A stretch of 64,000 nucleotides of DNA. Origin: a virus. Numbering within the stretch: the stretch's first letter is position 1; each line of letters starts with the position of its first letter. Made by a program: the position numbers and the translations under genes. The stretch is taken from positions 32,001 through 96,000 of IMG/VR virus record IMGVR_UViG_3300045988_148533. One strand, given 5' to 3'. Under the pieces are notes generated by a model. That model ran no database searches, was not told the DNA's origin, and saw nothing but the letters and a program-made list of their open reading frames with translations. This document shows positions 51,221-60,859 of this stretch, in pieces.

Positions 51221-52675
51221 ACCAACTCGGCCCTTATTCAAGAACCTTTCAAACAGCAGCCCATACTCCAGAGGGTCAAGTTTTGTAATCCCTATAAGAT
51301 AGGAAATAAGACATCCTCCAGCACTGCCCCTACTTATACCTGTCAATATGCCGTTTTCATGACACCAATTGACAATGTCTCGAGTTATTAGGAAGTAGTC
51401 AATTACATTACCGAACTTAATCACGTCTATTTCCCTCTCTAATCGCTCCAATACGACATCTTCACCCCACCTGTCAACCAACTCAGGATGAGCAGCCAGA
51501 CCTTCCTCTATGAGGCCTAAAAACATCTCCTCATTGGTTGTGTACTTAGCAGCCTCATCAGGCTTCATCTCGTACTTAGGAAGATGCCTGTTGGCTGTGT
51601 CTATCGTAAAGTCACACCCATCCGCAATGTCATTCAACAGCTGCATTGACTCGAGAAACAACTCTGCACCCACCTCTTCTTCAGAGAATAACTGCAAGAA
51701 TTCCTCATACACAGCCTCATTTGACTTAAAATACTGATTATCACTTGCATACCCCATTCTGCCTGCAATACGATGCAGCCTATCCGGAATATCCGCATAT
51801 TCAGCATCTATGTACCATGCATCACTAAACACCAGAGGCACAAGATTAGTGTCATAGAAGAATTTCTTAAGGTTCTTCAAGTACCACTCATCATGCCTCT
51901 CATCACTGTAAGCACACGTGTCAAGCTGATAGAAAGCTGTATCAATATTCGCCTTACGAAATTCTTCGTAATCAAGTGTCTTAGGGTCAAGAATAACAGT
52001 AATATCATCATTGTTTCCTACAATTTCCCTAAATCTGTCAAGTGCCACCCACCCTGAATTGACACAGTTAATCTCAGTGTTGATTGTTAAAAGGGTCTGC
52101 CACCCTTCAAAATTTCGGGCATAGACTTTCACTACAAAACGCACATCACTGTCAATGTCATACACGGTACACCCCATCCCGATGATGGGTTTAATGCCGA
52201 ACTTCTGACATTCCATCTGAAATTTTAAAGCCCCTGCAAGAGAATTAACTTCACAGACACCCAGATTCCTTACCCCAAGAAACTTAGCCTTGCGACACCA
52301 ATCCGTGTAAGTACCGCTTCCTGAAAGAATCTCATACTGTCCATGAACCCCCAAAAAAGTGTCCGTAGGAAGAGGAAAGGTACTTTCACCGAGGTATTTC
52401 AGCCTGTTCAACTTGACATCATTCTCCTGCCCCCTGTCCAGCCAGTACCACACCCCTCCGAACCTATACACGTACCTGTCGGCAAGTGTTTCATTATCCT
52501 CATGTGGTTCAGTGTTGTATGGCTTGCCTATAAAGCAAAAGCCGTCATCAAACAGTGAACCGTCATCGGCAGGCACATACAGCTCATACGTCCTGTCCCC
52601 TATTTCCACAACGGCATCAGACACCTCTGTGTAGGCTATACCATTTTCCTTGAGATATGCTATCAGTTCTTCCAT
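51221..52675 (-). CDS. dnaE: DNA polymerase III alpha subunit (DnaE-type), upstream exon: PHP domain and start of palm
   Basis: FLGVHGQYEILSGSGTYTDWCRKAKFLGVRNLGVCEVNSLAGALKF is the PHP domain. ISRGSAGGCLISYLIGITKLDPLEYGLLFERFLN is collinear with the bacterial DnaE RGSAAGSLVAY..GIT..DP....LLFERFLNPER. The ORF reads through to the stop at 51065, but homology ends near 51221. Confidence 0.8.
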
Positions 52676-53319
52676 CTGTACATTTCTACTCTTGCCTGAA
52701 TAATATCCGTAACATCATCACCGTCATGACGGCCTATCCCAATCAGTGACTGAGCCAGACGCTCACTCTCATGATTGTTAATCTCATAAGCATCAGAATG
52801 ATAGTCACACAGTATAATCTGTGCCTCCTTACCTGTTTCAGCTGCTACCCTGAACATCTCCTTAGCTTCATATATGAAGCGTAGGCTCCCGAAGAGTATG
52901 TCACAGTTATCACGCTCAACCTCAGGCATTTTGGCAAACTTAGCAAGTGCTCTGTCCGCTGCCGTTCTCGCCCAGACATCATCGCCTGCAAGATGCTTTA
53001 TCTCTTCACCGACACGCTGCAACAGCTCTCTGCCTGTAACGGATACTGAAGCCAGAGAGCCTCCGCTGCAGAAGTCGTATGGCTTGTGTGGGAGGTAAAC
53101 AGTACTGCGCATCTTCTTCCACATAGCATATTCCTGACTGAGAGTATTCACAGGCATTCTATTACCTGTGATGACGAAATACACGAAATCTCTTATTGCA
53201 TCAGAAAAATCCACCTCTATAACAGAACGACCCTCAATAGCAGCCTTCTGCCTGTAAAGATTGGCGGTGTATGACTTACCACCGCCAATCACACCTATGA
53301 ATCCATAAACCTTACTCAT
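52663..53319 (-). CDS. P-loop nucleotide kinase (dNMP kinase-like)
   Basis: The Walker A is GFIGVIGGGKSYTANLY. Size and context fit a phage deoxynucleotide monophosphate kinase. The start was set to the ATG at 53319. Confidence 0.55.
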   Translation of the reverse strand: MSKVYGFIGVIGGGKSYTANLYRQKAAIEGRSVIEVDFSDAIRDFVYFVITGNRMPVNTLSQEYAMWKKMRSTVYLPHKPYDFCSGGSLASVSVTGRELLQRVGEEIKHLAGDDVWARTAADRALAKFAKMPEVERDNCDILFGSLRFIYEAKEMFRVAAETGKEAQIILCDYHSDAYEINNHESERLAQSLIGIGRHDGDDVTDIIQARVEMYRWKN

Positions 53320-53845
53320 ACATCGAAATATATGCAAGAATACGTGGAAAATCCTTACCGTGCCTGTGAATCAGCTTCATACACGTATCACGTGTCTCAA
53401 GTATTTCCTTACTGCGATTACCATACGTTATCTCCTTGATACAGAAAATCAGCAGTTCAAGATAGTCGCAGCACTTAAACAGCGCATACTGTCTCTCATT
53501 CAATGCAGCCTTGATATTCTCATCAGAATATTTCTCGAGATGAGTGCCCTGTGTCAATTCCTTCTCTATAACAGCCCATGCCCTCTTAGTTTCCTCACTG
53601 AAATTCTTAACAGGATACGTCAGGTCGCCTGTAATGGCTTCCACGGCATCATGCTGAAGCACAATGTCAAACTCGTGCATGGTATATGCCACATCCTCAA
53701 TTGAGGCCCACCACTTGAAAAGAATGGCGGTACGATAGCAGTGCTCCGCTATATTGTAGTGCTGATGGTGAAATGTACCTGTGAATCTTTCCACGTTGGA
53801 CATCCTGTACAGATTCTGTATGTCCTCTATAATATTACGCATCAT
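53312..53845 (-). CDS. HD-domain phosphohydrolase (YfbR-like 5'-deoxynucleotidase)
   Basis: NIAEHCYRTA supplies the first His and LQHDAVEAITGDLTYPVK the HD...E..tGD motif, as in the YfbR family. Confidence 0.7.
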   Translation of the reverse strand: MMRNIIEDIQNLYRMSNVERFTGTFHHQHYNIAEHCYRTAILFKWWASIEDVAYTMHEFDIVLQHDAVEAITGDLTYPVKNFSEETKRAWAVIEKELTQGTHLEKYSDENIKAALNERQYALFKCCDYLELLIFCIKEITYGNRSKEILETRDTCMKLIHRHGKDFPRILAYISMYE

Positions 53846-54942
53846 AGTCCAAACACCTCATTAAGAATAGGGTTCTCAAATCTTTCCTGTGCAACAGGAC
53901 ATCCAAAGTGGTGAACCTTTTCCCACTTCCGAGCAAATACACGTATCCAGTCACGCTCCAGAGCGGACTTCGCCTTTTCAAGAGTATATTCCTTCATGCA
54001 GTCAACACCTTCTCTGAACAGTCTTTCCTGAGTGGCAATGCTAACCATAGCGTCATCAAAGTCAAACAGACTATTGAACGCCTTAGGATAGTAATAGCTG
54101 TGAACAGGGAATTCCTCTCCATAGTACTTATTAGCGACATCCTCAACGAGAGGCACAAAATCCTCATACACGTGCAGATTGTCTGCCTTGTGATAGTACA
54201 CACCCACAGGCACACCCAGAATATTCGCAACATATTCCTGCATTAGGGTGAAGTTGAAAACATTCACTGCACTAAATCCCCATATCAGGTCATTGCTGCG
54301 AATGTCCACATAACAGTTCAGCTTACCGTTCACAATCATAAAGTGAATGGAACGTGTACAGGGTGTATCCTTGGTAGGGAGAACCTGAAGATTCGTGTCA
54401 ACAGGTTTCAGCCTAAACAGAAAGTCATCTGCAATGGGGTTGTGAATTGTGATGCACGCCTCACGAGTGGTTATATCCTCCTTGAACTTTTCCAAGACAA
54501 ATCTAAGCTGGTCAACTCTACCCTTTGCAAGCAGCGGTGACTGCCAATCCTCCATGTACTGATTACCTGTCATTACATCGCTGTCCTTATACTGCATTAC
54601 TCTCTTGAATGAATCATAGGCTCTTATGCGAGGGCCGTATCCAGCTCTCATATACTTGCCGTCATCCGAGAAATTATTCAAATTAGTGACATAGGCAGCA
54701 GGCATTGTCATGCTGTTACTGCCTAATGCAAGCCACAGAGACTCCACCCATCCGAGTGTCCTGTTCCACTTGCGCTCTGGAACAGTAACATATCTCTCAC
54801 ATGGATTGGTTATAGCTATCATCACAGGCTCTGGAAACTCATAGCACCTGTGGCCACGCCTCATCTGTTCAATGCCGTGTTCCTTCAGTTCACGACAGAG
54901 GCGTATAAATGCCTGATTAAGACTGTCAAATTCAAAATACAT
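53842..54942 (-). CDS. thymidylate synthase-fold pyrimidine hydroxymethylase/methylase homologue (enlarged, 366 aa)
   Basis: DTPCTRSIHFMIVNGKLNCYVDIRSNDLIWGFSAVNVFNFTLMQEYVANILGVPVGVYYHKADNLHVYED matches the TS-core pattern PC...fqF.v.dgkL.....RS.D...G.pfNi......l....a...g...G...h..gd.HiY, including the nucleophile Cys. Confidence 0.8.
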   Translation of the reverse strand: MYFEFDSLNQAFIRLCRELKEHGIEQMRRGHRCYEFPEPVMIAITNPCERYVTVPERKWNRTLGWVESLWLALGSNSMTMPAAYVTNLNNFSDDGKYMRAGYGPRIRAYDSFKRVMQYKDSDVMTGNQYMEDWQSPLLAKGRVDQLRFVLEKFKEDITTREACITIHNPIADDFLFRLKPVDTNLQVLPTKDTPCTRSIHFMIVNGKLNCYVDIRSNDLIWGFSAVNVFNFTLMQEYVANILGVPVGVYYHKADNLHVYEDFVPLVEDVANKYYGEEFPVHSYYYPKAFNSLFDFDDAMVSIATQERLFREGVDCMKEYTLEKAKSALERDWIRVFARKWEKVHHFGCPVAQERFENPILNEVFGL

Positions 54943-54944
54943 AA

Positions 54945-55985
54945 CTAAATATTTTTAAGTAATACACTATTTCTATCGGGAAGTTTACATTTACCCCATT
55001 TGGGAGGGAAAACGTACTCCAAGCCACCATGAGGAGAATACATTCTCTTTATCCTCTCCTTGCTACCTGACTTGAAGGTAGCTCCAAGCCCCTTTGCATA
55101 CTTGCTAATCTCACAGAAGCAGTTCTGCAAGTTGGTAAGCGTTGGAACAGGTTCCCACGGCAGAGGATGCCACTCCATGCCTGACTCTCTGCAGAAATCG
55201 TGCATAAGTTCCTCAAAATTACTCTGAAGCCACCTTATTGCACCGACATAGTCATACTTCTTACCGTTAGCACCCTCAAATACCCACCGAATCCCCCTAA
55301 GACTTCCTGGCCCTGTAACCACGAAATCATTCTCTGTAAAGTTGAATATAGAGGAGTAATTAAGGTCTATCGCGTACTGCTGCGCTATGAAATCACCATA
55401 TATGCGCATCGAGCGAAATTCCCTATATAGAGCCTCAAAGGAATCCGCCCTCAAAAAGTCCCACAGCCTGTCATTTCCAAAAATTTCATTCTGAAAAACT
55501 CTGAAATATGCCCTGTGCTTACTCAGCCCCTCCATCCAGCTGTACTCCGGCAGCTGATAGAAATATCCGGTAACAATGTATGCACTGTTGTATATGTTCA
55601 CACCCTCTTCAAGCAGTGTGTCCACATAGTCAGCCATCGCCTCAAGATAAGTACCTGTGTTCACATTATAGCGTATATCCCCGAATTCCTTTTCAAGGAG
55701 CTGCCACGTCTCAATCTTGTTAAAATGCTTGAACAACAGCACTCTAAAGAATATGTCCTCAGGGGTGTACTGCCTGCCATTATACAGAACATTCCGAATA
55801 AGGTACTGACTGACCCTGTCAAGACACCTGTAAACATTCGTAAAGGAATACTCACAGAGTATAGGGTCTGATGTCCACGGCTGCTCATCACCCCTGTACT
55901 TGTGCCAGAAAATATTCATCCGTTCACACATCCAGTACAGCAGCCATGTTAGATTCTCTTTATTCGGGATTATTCTGCTCTGCAT
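54945..55985 (-). CDS. aGPT-Pplase-like protein (alpha-glutamyl/putrescinyl thymine pyrophosphorylase family) - tentative
   Basis: FWHKYRGDEQPWTSDPILCEYSFTNVYRCLDRVSQYL matches my recollection of the W..DPIL..y.FtNvyRelDR signature of this DNA-hypermodification family. It lies between the TS-like gene and the P-loop kinase gene. The start is ambiguous: ATG at 55985 or 55931. Confidence 0.5.
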   Translation of the reverse strand: MQSRIIPNKENLTWLLYWMCERMNIFWHKYRGDEQPWTSDPILCEYSFTNVYRCLDRVSQYLIRNVLYNGRQYTPEDIFFRVLLFKHFNKIETWQLLEKEFGDIRYNVNTGTYLEAMADYVDTLLEEGVNIYNSAYIVTGYFYQLPEYSWMEGLSKHRAYFRVFQNEIFGNDRLWDFLRADSFEALYREFRSMRIYGDFIAQQYAIDLNYSSIFNFTENDFVVTGPGSLRGIRWVFEGANGKKYDYVGAIRWLQSNFEELMHDFCRESGMEWHPLPWEPVPTLTNLQNCFCEISKYAKGLGATFKSGSKERIKRMYSPHGGLEYVFPPKWGKCKLPDRNSVLLKNI

Positions 55986-56700
55986 ACCTATTCTGATTGA
56001 TATAGTTACCCTTATTAACGTATTCTCTAAATTCCCCACAAATTTCGGGAACACCAAAGAATTCAAAGATGCTGCACCCCAAATCCCACACAGGAGAACT
56101 GTACGCTTCCTCCTTAATCACCACATTTGCCCCCTCAGCATTCAGCAGTGCAGCTTCCTCTCGTGACTTAGCAATGTCACTCTCAAAGCCACTTCTCTTG
56201 TGCCACATTGCGTCCCCCTTCGGAGGTTTTCCCGAACGGTACACCACCCTGTCATAGTACTCCTCATGTTCCTTTTCTGTAAAGTCATAGCGCACATATA
56301 GGATGTTCATGAATTCACACACGGCTATAAGTTCCATCGGTCTAAGCCTCCATGAGACTGACGTGCCTGCCCCCTCCAGAAGAACATTCATCCTCTTCAT
56401 GCCTACTTCCTTTAGGAAGTCTGACACACCTGCCGAATTGACAAATCTGCTTGTAACACTGTCCAGCCCCTGCCACCGCCTTACACCTTGATTTTCATAG
56501 AACTTGCCTATCACAATTAAGTTGAATTCCGGAACATATACCCCCACTTCCTTCTCCTTGCCCTCAGAATTGACCCATCTGTACGGCTGAAATTCCACAC
56601 CAATGCTTTCCAGAAAATCAAGAAAGCAGTAAACCCGAGTGGATTTACCGCTTCCAGACGTACCCTTGACAAGGACTATGGTTCCGTAGTCCTTTATCAT
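55960..56700 (-). CDS. P-loop kinase (candidate 5-hydroxymethyl-pyrimidine DNA kinase)
   Basis: The Walker A is IVLVKGTSGSGKSTRVYCF and the Walker B-like element is NVLLEG. Context is the hypermodification cluster. Confidence 0.55.
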   Translation of the reverse strand: MIKDYGTIVLVKGTSGSGKSTRVYCFLDFLESIGVEFQPYRWVNSEGKEKEVGVYVPEFNLIVIGKFYENQGVRRWQGLDSVTSRFVNSAGVSDFLKEVGMKRMNVLLEGAGTSVSWRLRPMELIAVCEFMNILYVRYDFTEKEHEEYYDRVVYRSGKPPKGDAMWHKRSGFESDIAKSREEAALLNAEGANVVIKEEAYSSPVWDLGCSIFEFFGVPEICGEFREYVNKGNYINQNRYAEQNNPE

Positions 56701-56704
56701 GATG

Positions 56705-57295
56705 CTATTTCTTTTTTATGAGTGAAACAGATGTAACACGCTTCTTGACAGGCTTTGCATCGCCAATCTTGACCATGCACTTCTCCTTGCCGTCGCTGCT
56801 GCGATACAGCCTTACAACTTCACCCTTTTCGTCAGTACCGGACAGCATGACATTGCATCCGACTTTCAGTCCGGGATTCTCGGTAGACTCCTCAATGTCC
56901 TCACGCTTTGTAGCCACCTTTTCCTTCTTGGGCTTAGGAGCAGGCTTCGGAGCCATGTTCTTGTCTTTCTTGGTAGGTGACTTGCGCTTTGCCTGCCTCT
57001 CCTCGAATTCCTTCTCAGCCTCCTCAAGACGAGCCTGTTCCTCTTCAGAAATCGGGCTCTCCTCTTCGGGCTGAGGGTCAGGCTCAGGTTCCTTCTTGGA
57101 TTTAGGTGCAGGCTTTTTCTTAGGTGCAGGCTTCGCTGCTTCCGATGCACTTTCGCCGAGTTTCTTGTCCAGAATGGACTGTGCTACTTTCTTTTCAGTT
57201 TCAGAGGATTCCTCGCTTTCTACGATAGCTTGCAGTTCCTCAATGCTTTTCCTGTTGTAGGAAAATTTCAGTGCTAATTCTTTGTTGTTTGCCAT
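56705..57295 (-). CDS. Lys/Glu/Pro-rich protein with small C-terminal beta domain
   Basis: 196-aa ORF with PAPKKKPAPKSKKEPEPDPQPEE... The C-terminal KVGCNVMLSGTDEKGEVVRLY...MVKIGD is SH3/KOW-like. Confidence 0.65.
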   Translation of the reverse strand: MANNKELALKFSYNRKSIEELQAIVESEESSETEKKVAQSILDKKLGESASEAAKPAPKKKPAPKSKKEPEPDPQPEEESPISEEEQARLEEAEKEFEERQAKRKSPTKKDKNMAPKPAPKPKKEKVATKREDIEESTENPGLKVGCNVMLSGTDEKGEVVRLYRSSDGKEKCMVKIGDAKPVKKRVTSVSLIKKK

Positions 57296-57315
57296 AATCG
57301 TTTTTGTTTGTGATG

Positions 57316-57362
57316 CAAAATTAATACTTGTTATTTAATCTACCAAATTTTTCTCTTATTTT
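57316..57362 (-). promoter_or_regulatory. Bacteroidota-type promoter (TAATTTTG -7 box; TTTGG 20 nt upstream)
   Basis: The reverse complement of 57316-57323 is TAATTTTG. The reverse complement of 57343-57347 is TTTGG. The ATG is at 57295. Confidence 0.6.
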
Positions 57363-57799
57363 CCCGTATGACCAAAACCACCCTCACCTCTTTCAGAACT
57401 GTCAAGCATGCTCTCACTGTCAACACTAATCATCGAGACATCATGTGTTTTCACTATCACCATCTGAGCTATTCTGTCATGATTGTGGACAACAAACGGC
57501 TCTTCTCCGTGATTCATCAGGATGACTCCAACTTCTCCACGGTAATCTGCATCAATAGTCCCAGGAGAATTAAGCACAGTAATTCCATGCTTTAAGGCAA
57601 GGCCACTTCGAGGTCTTATCTGGGCCTCAACACCTTCCGGCAGCTGCATCTTGATTCCTGTCGGAATCAATGACCTTTCATGAGGCATTATCATAATATT
57701 CTCATTAAGACAGGCATAAATATCATATCCTGCCGAGAGCCTTGTCTGCTTCATTGGCATGATAGCCCCCTCCTTGAGGTAAATCTTTACTACTTCCAT
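57356..57799 (-). CDS. dut: dUTP diphosphatase (trimeric dUTPase)
   Basis: SAGYDIYA, RSGLALKHGITVLNSPGTIDADYRGEV, RIAQMVI and RGEGGFGHTGK are the five canonical dUTPase motifs. Confidence 0.92.
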   Translation of the reverse strand: MEVVKIYLKEGAIMPMKQTRLSAGYDIYACLNENIMIMPHERSLIPTGIKMQLPEGVEAQIRPRSGLALKHGITVLNSPGTIDADYRGEVGVILMNHGEEPFVVHNHDRIAQMVIVKTHDVSMISVDSESMLDSSERGEGGFGHTGK

Positions 57800-57802
57800 T
57801 TT

Positions 57803-58261
57803 CTATATCAACTTGTAATTATTAATGATTGTCACATCTGTATAATTAACGTCATACGTCTCAGAACCAACCCTTATCCTCAGGGAATCCTTAGCTGGAT
57901 TATTACTTATAACTCTTGCCTCCTGACGATTATACCTGACAACAGTACCTCTGTATAGGAGATACCACTTGTCATAGTTCCCCTGTATTTTTCTCTGACT
58001 ATCATCTTTATACATAAATCGTGGAAGCCCATACGCCTGCCAGAACTCATTCCTAATGAAATTCTCACCATACAGTCTATCAGTGAATATATTAGGAACG
58101 CCCATTCTTGCAGACACTTCCATTATCTTGGTAGCCTTTTTCTCTGCAATGTCCTCCGCAACCTTAGCATACGCAGTATCCCTGTATATCATGGAACGGA
58201 GCTTCTGTGTAAGATACTCCAACTGCAACACATACAGAAATTTCCTCTTTTCTTCTTTCAT
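57803..58261 (-). CDS. hypothetical protein
   Basis: 152-aa ORF. Confidence 0.6.
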   Translation of the reverse strand: MKEEKRKFLYVLQLEYLTQKLRSMIYRDTAYAKVAEDIAEKKATKIMEVSARMGVPNIFTDRLYGENFIRNEFWQAYGLPRFMYKDDSQRKIQGNYDKWYLLYRGTVVRYNRQEARVISNNPAKDSLRIRVGSETYDVNYTDVTIINNYKLI

Positions 58262-58266
58262 ATCAA

Positions 58267-59295
58267 CTAAATATGATTAAGGTAAAAATTCATCGGGTCC
58301 TGAGCATTAGCAAGAACCTCATTCAGCTGACTTACAGTTATATTTCCGGGGTCAACTCCTGGAATATCTATATTAGCGACCCTGACACTTTCAAAGTTTT
58401 TCGACAGCAGCAGGGATGTTTCCTTGCTCTCCTGCACAGTCCCGTAGTCGTACAAAAGTAGTATATTTTTCACTCTCTTATGCTGTAACATATCTATCTG
58501 TCCCCTGCCTATGCTGTTACCGAATGTGAAACAGCATTTAAGCCACTCAATATCTCTTAGACCAAGAATATTCCAAATGTTGACAAAATCAAAAATACCC
58601 TCTACAAGAATAACTGTATCAGTCACACCCTCCTGCAAAAAATCATAGCCCCCCAGTAAGTCCTGAAAGTTATTCTCACTATTGCGATACCTAAGCATCA
58701 AGTCTTCCTTATGTGCCTTGTATGCCTCAAGATTCCTCTTATGCCACTCCTTTGAATACCTACTTCTCGCCCACCACGCAACAGGCACACCATCTATCTT
58801 CATCTTAAAGATAATGTAGTTATTCAGTCGCTTCTCCAAAGCAGAATCTGTGTAGGAGGGTTCAAACTCACGATAGTGTTCCTCTCTAAAACCTCTCTTA
58901 TTTAAATATTCATCATCCGTCAATGGTTTTATACGCAAAGGCAGATTAATCGGCTTTAACGACTTAAAATCCTCCTTAGTTGAAGTATCCTGCATCCATT
59001 CCGACACCTCACCCTGTGCTTCGAGCTTAGGCAGTCTGACATTTGCTGCTGTTTCCCTATAATTGATATGGCACAGGTCTTTTCTACCTATCTTCTGTAA
59101 AAAGTCGTACAGGGAAGTCTTACGTGGACATTTCCAACAGTGAAATGTGGCCACCCCATTTTCATTAAAAATGACACCCCATTTTCCTTTCTTACCGCAG
59201 AAGGGACATTCCATGTTCTTATTTGAAAACCACCCCTGCGACCCGAAAGGTGCAAGATTAAGCTCTGATATTATCTTATTCTTATCAAACCGCAT
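58267..59295 (-). CDS. DNA primase (zinc-binding domain plus TOPRIM)
   Basis: CPFCGKKGKWG...FHCWKCPRK is the zinc ribbon. VILVEGIFDFVNI carries the TOPRIM Glu and LLLYDYG the DxD-like region. The gene is adjacent to the helicase. Confidence 0.8.
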   Translation of the reverse strand: MRFDKNKIISELNLAPFGSQGWFSNKNMECPFCGKKGKWGVIFNENGVATFHCWKCPRKTSLYDFLQKIGRKDLCHINYRETAANVRLPKLEAQGEVSEWMQDTSTKEDFKSLKPINLPLRIKPLTDDEYLNKRGFREEHYREFEPSYTDSALEKRLNNYIIFKMKIDGVPVAWWARSRYSKEWHKRNLEAYKAHKEDLMLRYRNSENNFQDLLGGYDFLQEGVTDTVILVEGIFDFVNIWNILGLRDIEWLKCCFTFGNSIGRGQIDMLQHKRVKNILLLYDYGTVQESKETSLLLSKNFESVRVANIDIPGVDPGNITVSQLNEVLANAQDPMNFYLNHI

Positions 59296-60835
59296 TTCTC
59301 TTCCTGTTGAAGTAATCCTTCAATGACTCCTTGTTTTCCTCCTTGGGAACAACAGCATCCTCACTGCCAAACACTCCTGGAGCAACCTCCTTTATCTGCT
59401 GTGGAGCACTGTCACTCTTACGCCTCTTCGGACGCCTTTCCTCAGCGGTTGTAAGCACCGAAACATCCAGTACGGCTTCCTCCTGTACAGACCGTGTCAT
59501 ATCATAGAAGAAGCCATGCTCATAGTCAGTAGGTATTCTCACTATAATGCCGTTGTTCTTATAATTCCTAAGTTTGTCACAGAATATACGTGCAATGTTC
59601 TTATCACTTTCCTCTATCGTTATGTTACCTGTGAACACAAATGAGAAAGGCTTCACAAGTGTCCTGTCCCCCTCAGTGTTATGCCTTGTAATCACTCTTG
59701 AGGGGTCATTCCATATCTCCATGGGGACATCGCTTGTCTGACAGGCCGTTATCACGACACAGTCATATTTCACGGCTATATCCTTCATCCTCTGGGCATT
59801 CCTCTGCAGCCTGTACTTCAAATAATTAGGGTCATAGTCCAGCTTCTTGGAATCCCCTGTAAGCAGCAGGTCAAGACTGTCAACCGTTATCAGGTCAGGA
59901 TAGTACCCATATTCCTTCTTGTAATCCTCTATGGCCTGCACAAGCTCTCCGAATGTCATGTCAAGCATCTCCTCAGAGGCATACACGTCTATATCACTGT
60001 TTACAGTTGCAGCTCTCTTAATGAGTGCAGCAACTTTCTTACGTGTGCTCTCACTGAGCTCCCCCTTGACAATCTTTGTATATGTCGTCTTAGCAAGCAT
60101 CTGGTCAAACTTGAACACTGCTTCGTCAACACCACCCTCAAGCTGAAAATGCAGGCAGTGATTGTGAGCAATGCTCGTGTTATACCAACAGAAGAATTTC
60201 AAAGCCGTCGACTTACCCACTCCAGAACGCATTATCCACAGTGCTGTATCCTTTCGTGGTATGCCTCCGTCGGTAAGTTCATCCAGCTTAGTAATTCCAA
60301 GAGGCATCTTGCTGCGACGTACCTCATCCTCGGCTCTCATCTGTGCTGCTGTGGTATTCTTATAAAAGTCCCGATACACTCGTGAAAACTTATGTCTGTC
60401 AGTCAAGGAAAAGGCATTCACCTCTCTGATACGCTTTTCCATCAACTGCATTGCCTCCTCAGAACGACCCTCATTGTAAATATCCACAACCTCTCTCTGA
60501 GAAGCTACAAACATCTGTCTCCTGAGAAATATTTCCAGCTGCTCAACCATAGGCTCCACATCCGGAACCTTTAAACTCTTGACTTCCTTAATCTTATCCT
60601 GAATATCCTTATTATTAGGATAAGTCATCTCAACAGTACCAAATGTTGCAAGATTCCCCCCATTGTTCATAGTATCTGCAAGAACTTTCAACATAGCCTT
60701 GCAGGCTCCCATCTCACGAGGGAAATTACTTACGTCAACATTGCTGACGACCATCTGTGCAAACTGCCTGTTCGCAAATGCAAGCCTAAGCAGTTCCTCA
60801 ACGAAATTCGGACTCAACACCGCATCAACAGCCAT
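59285..60835 (-). CDS. DnaB-like replicative DNA helicase
   Basis: GITKLDELTDGGIPRKDTALWIMRSGVGKSTALKFF is the Walker A in RecA-fold context, and LITVDSLDLL is Walker B. The N-terminal helical domain is typical of DnaB and gp4-like helicases. Confidence 0.85.
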   Translation of the reverse strand: MAVDAVLSPNFVEELLRLAFANRQFAQMVVSNVDVSNFPREMGACKAMLKVLADTMNNGGNLATFGTVEMTYPNNKDIQDKIKEVKSLKVPDVEPMVEQLEIFLRRQMFVASQREVVDIYNEGRSEEAMQLMEKRIREVNAFSLTDRHKFSRVYRDFYKNTTAAQMRAEDEVRRSKMPLGITKLDELTDGGIPRKDTALWIMRSGVGKSTALKFFCWYNTSIAHNHCLHFQLEGGVDEAVFKFDQMLAKTTYTKIVKGELSESTRKKVAALIKRAATVNSDIDVYASEEMLDMTFGELVQAIEDYKKEYGYYPDLITVDSLDLLLTGDSKKLDYDPNYLKYRLQRNAQRMKDIAVKYDCVVITACQTSDVPMEIWNDPSRVITRHNTEGDRTLVKPFSFVFTGNITIEESDKNIARIFCDKLRNYKNNGIIVRIPTDYEHGFFYDMTRSVQEEAVLDVSVLTTAEERRPKRRKSDSAPQQIKEVAPGVFGSEDAVVPKEENKESLKDYFNRKRNAV

Positions 60836-60859
60836 ATTGAACCCTCCTTATATCTATAA

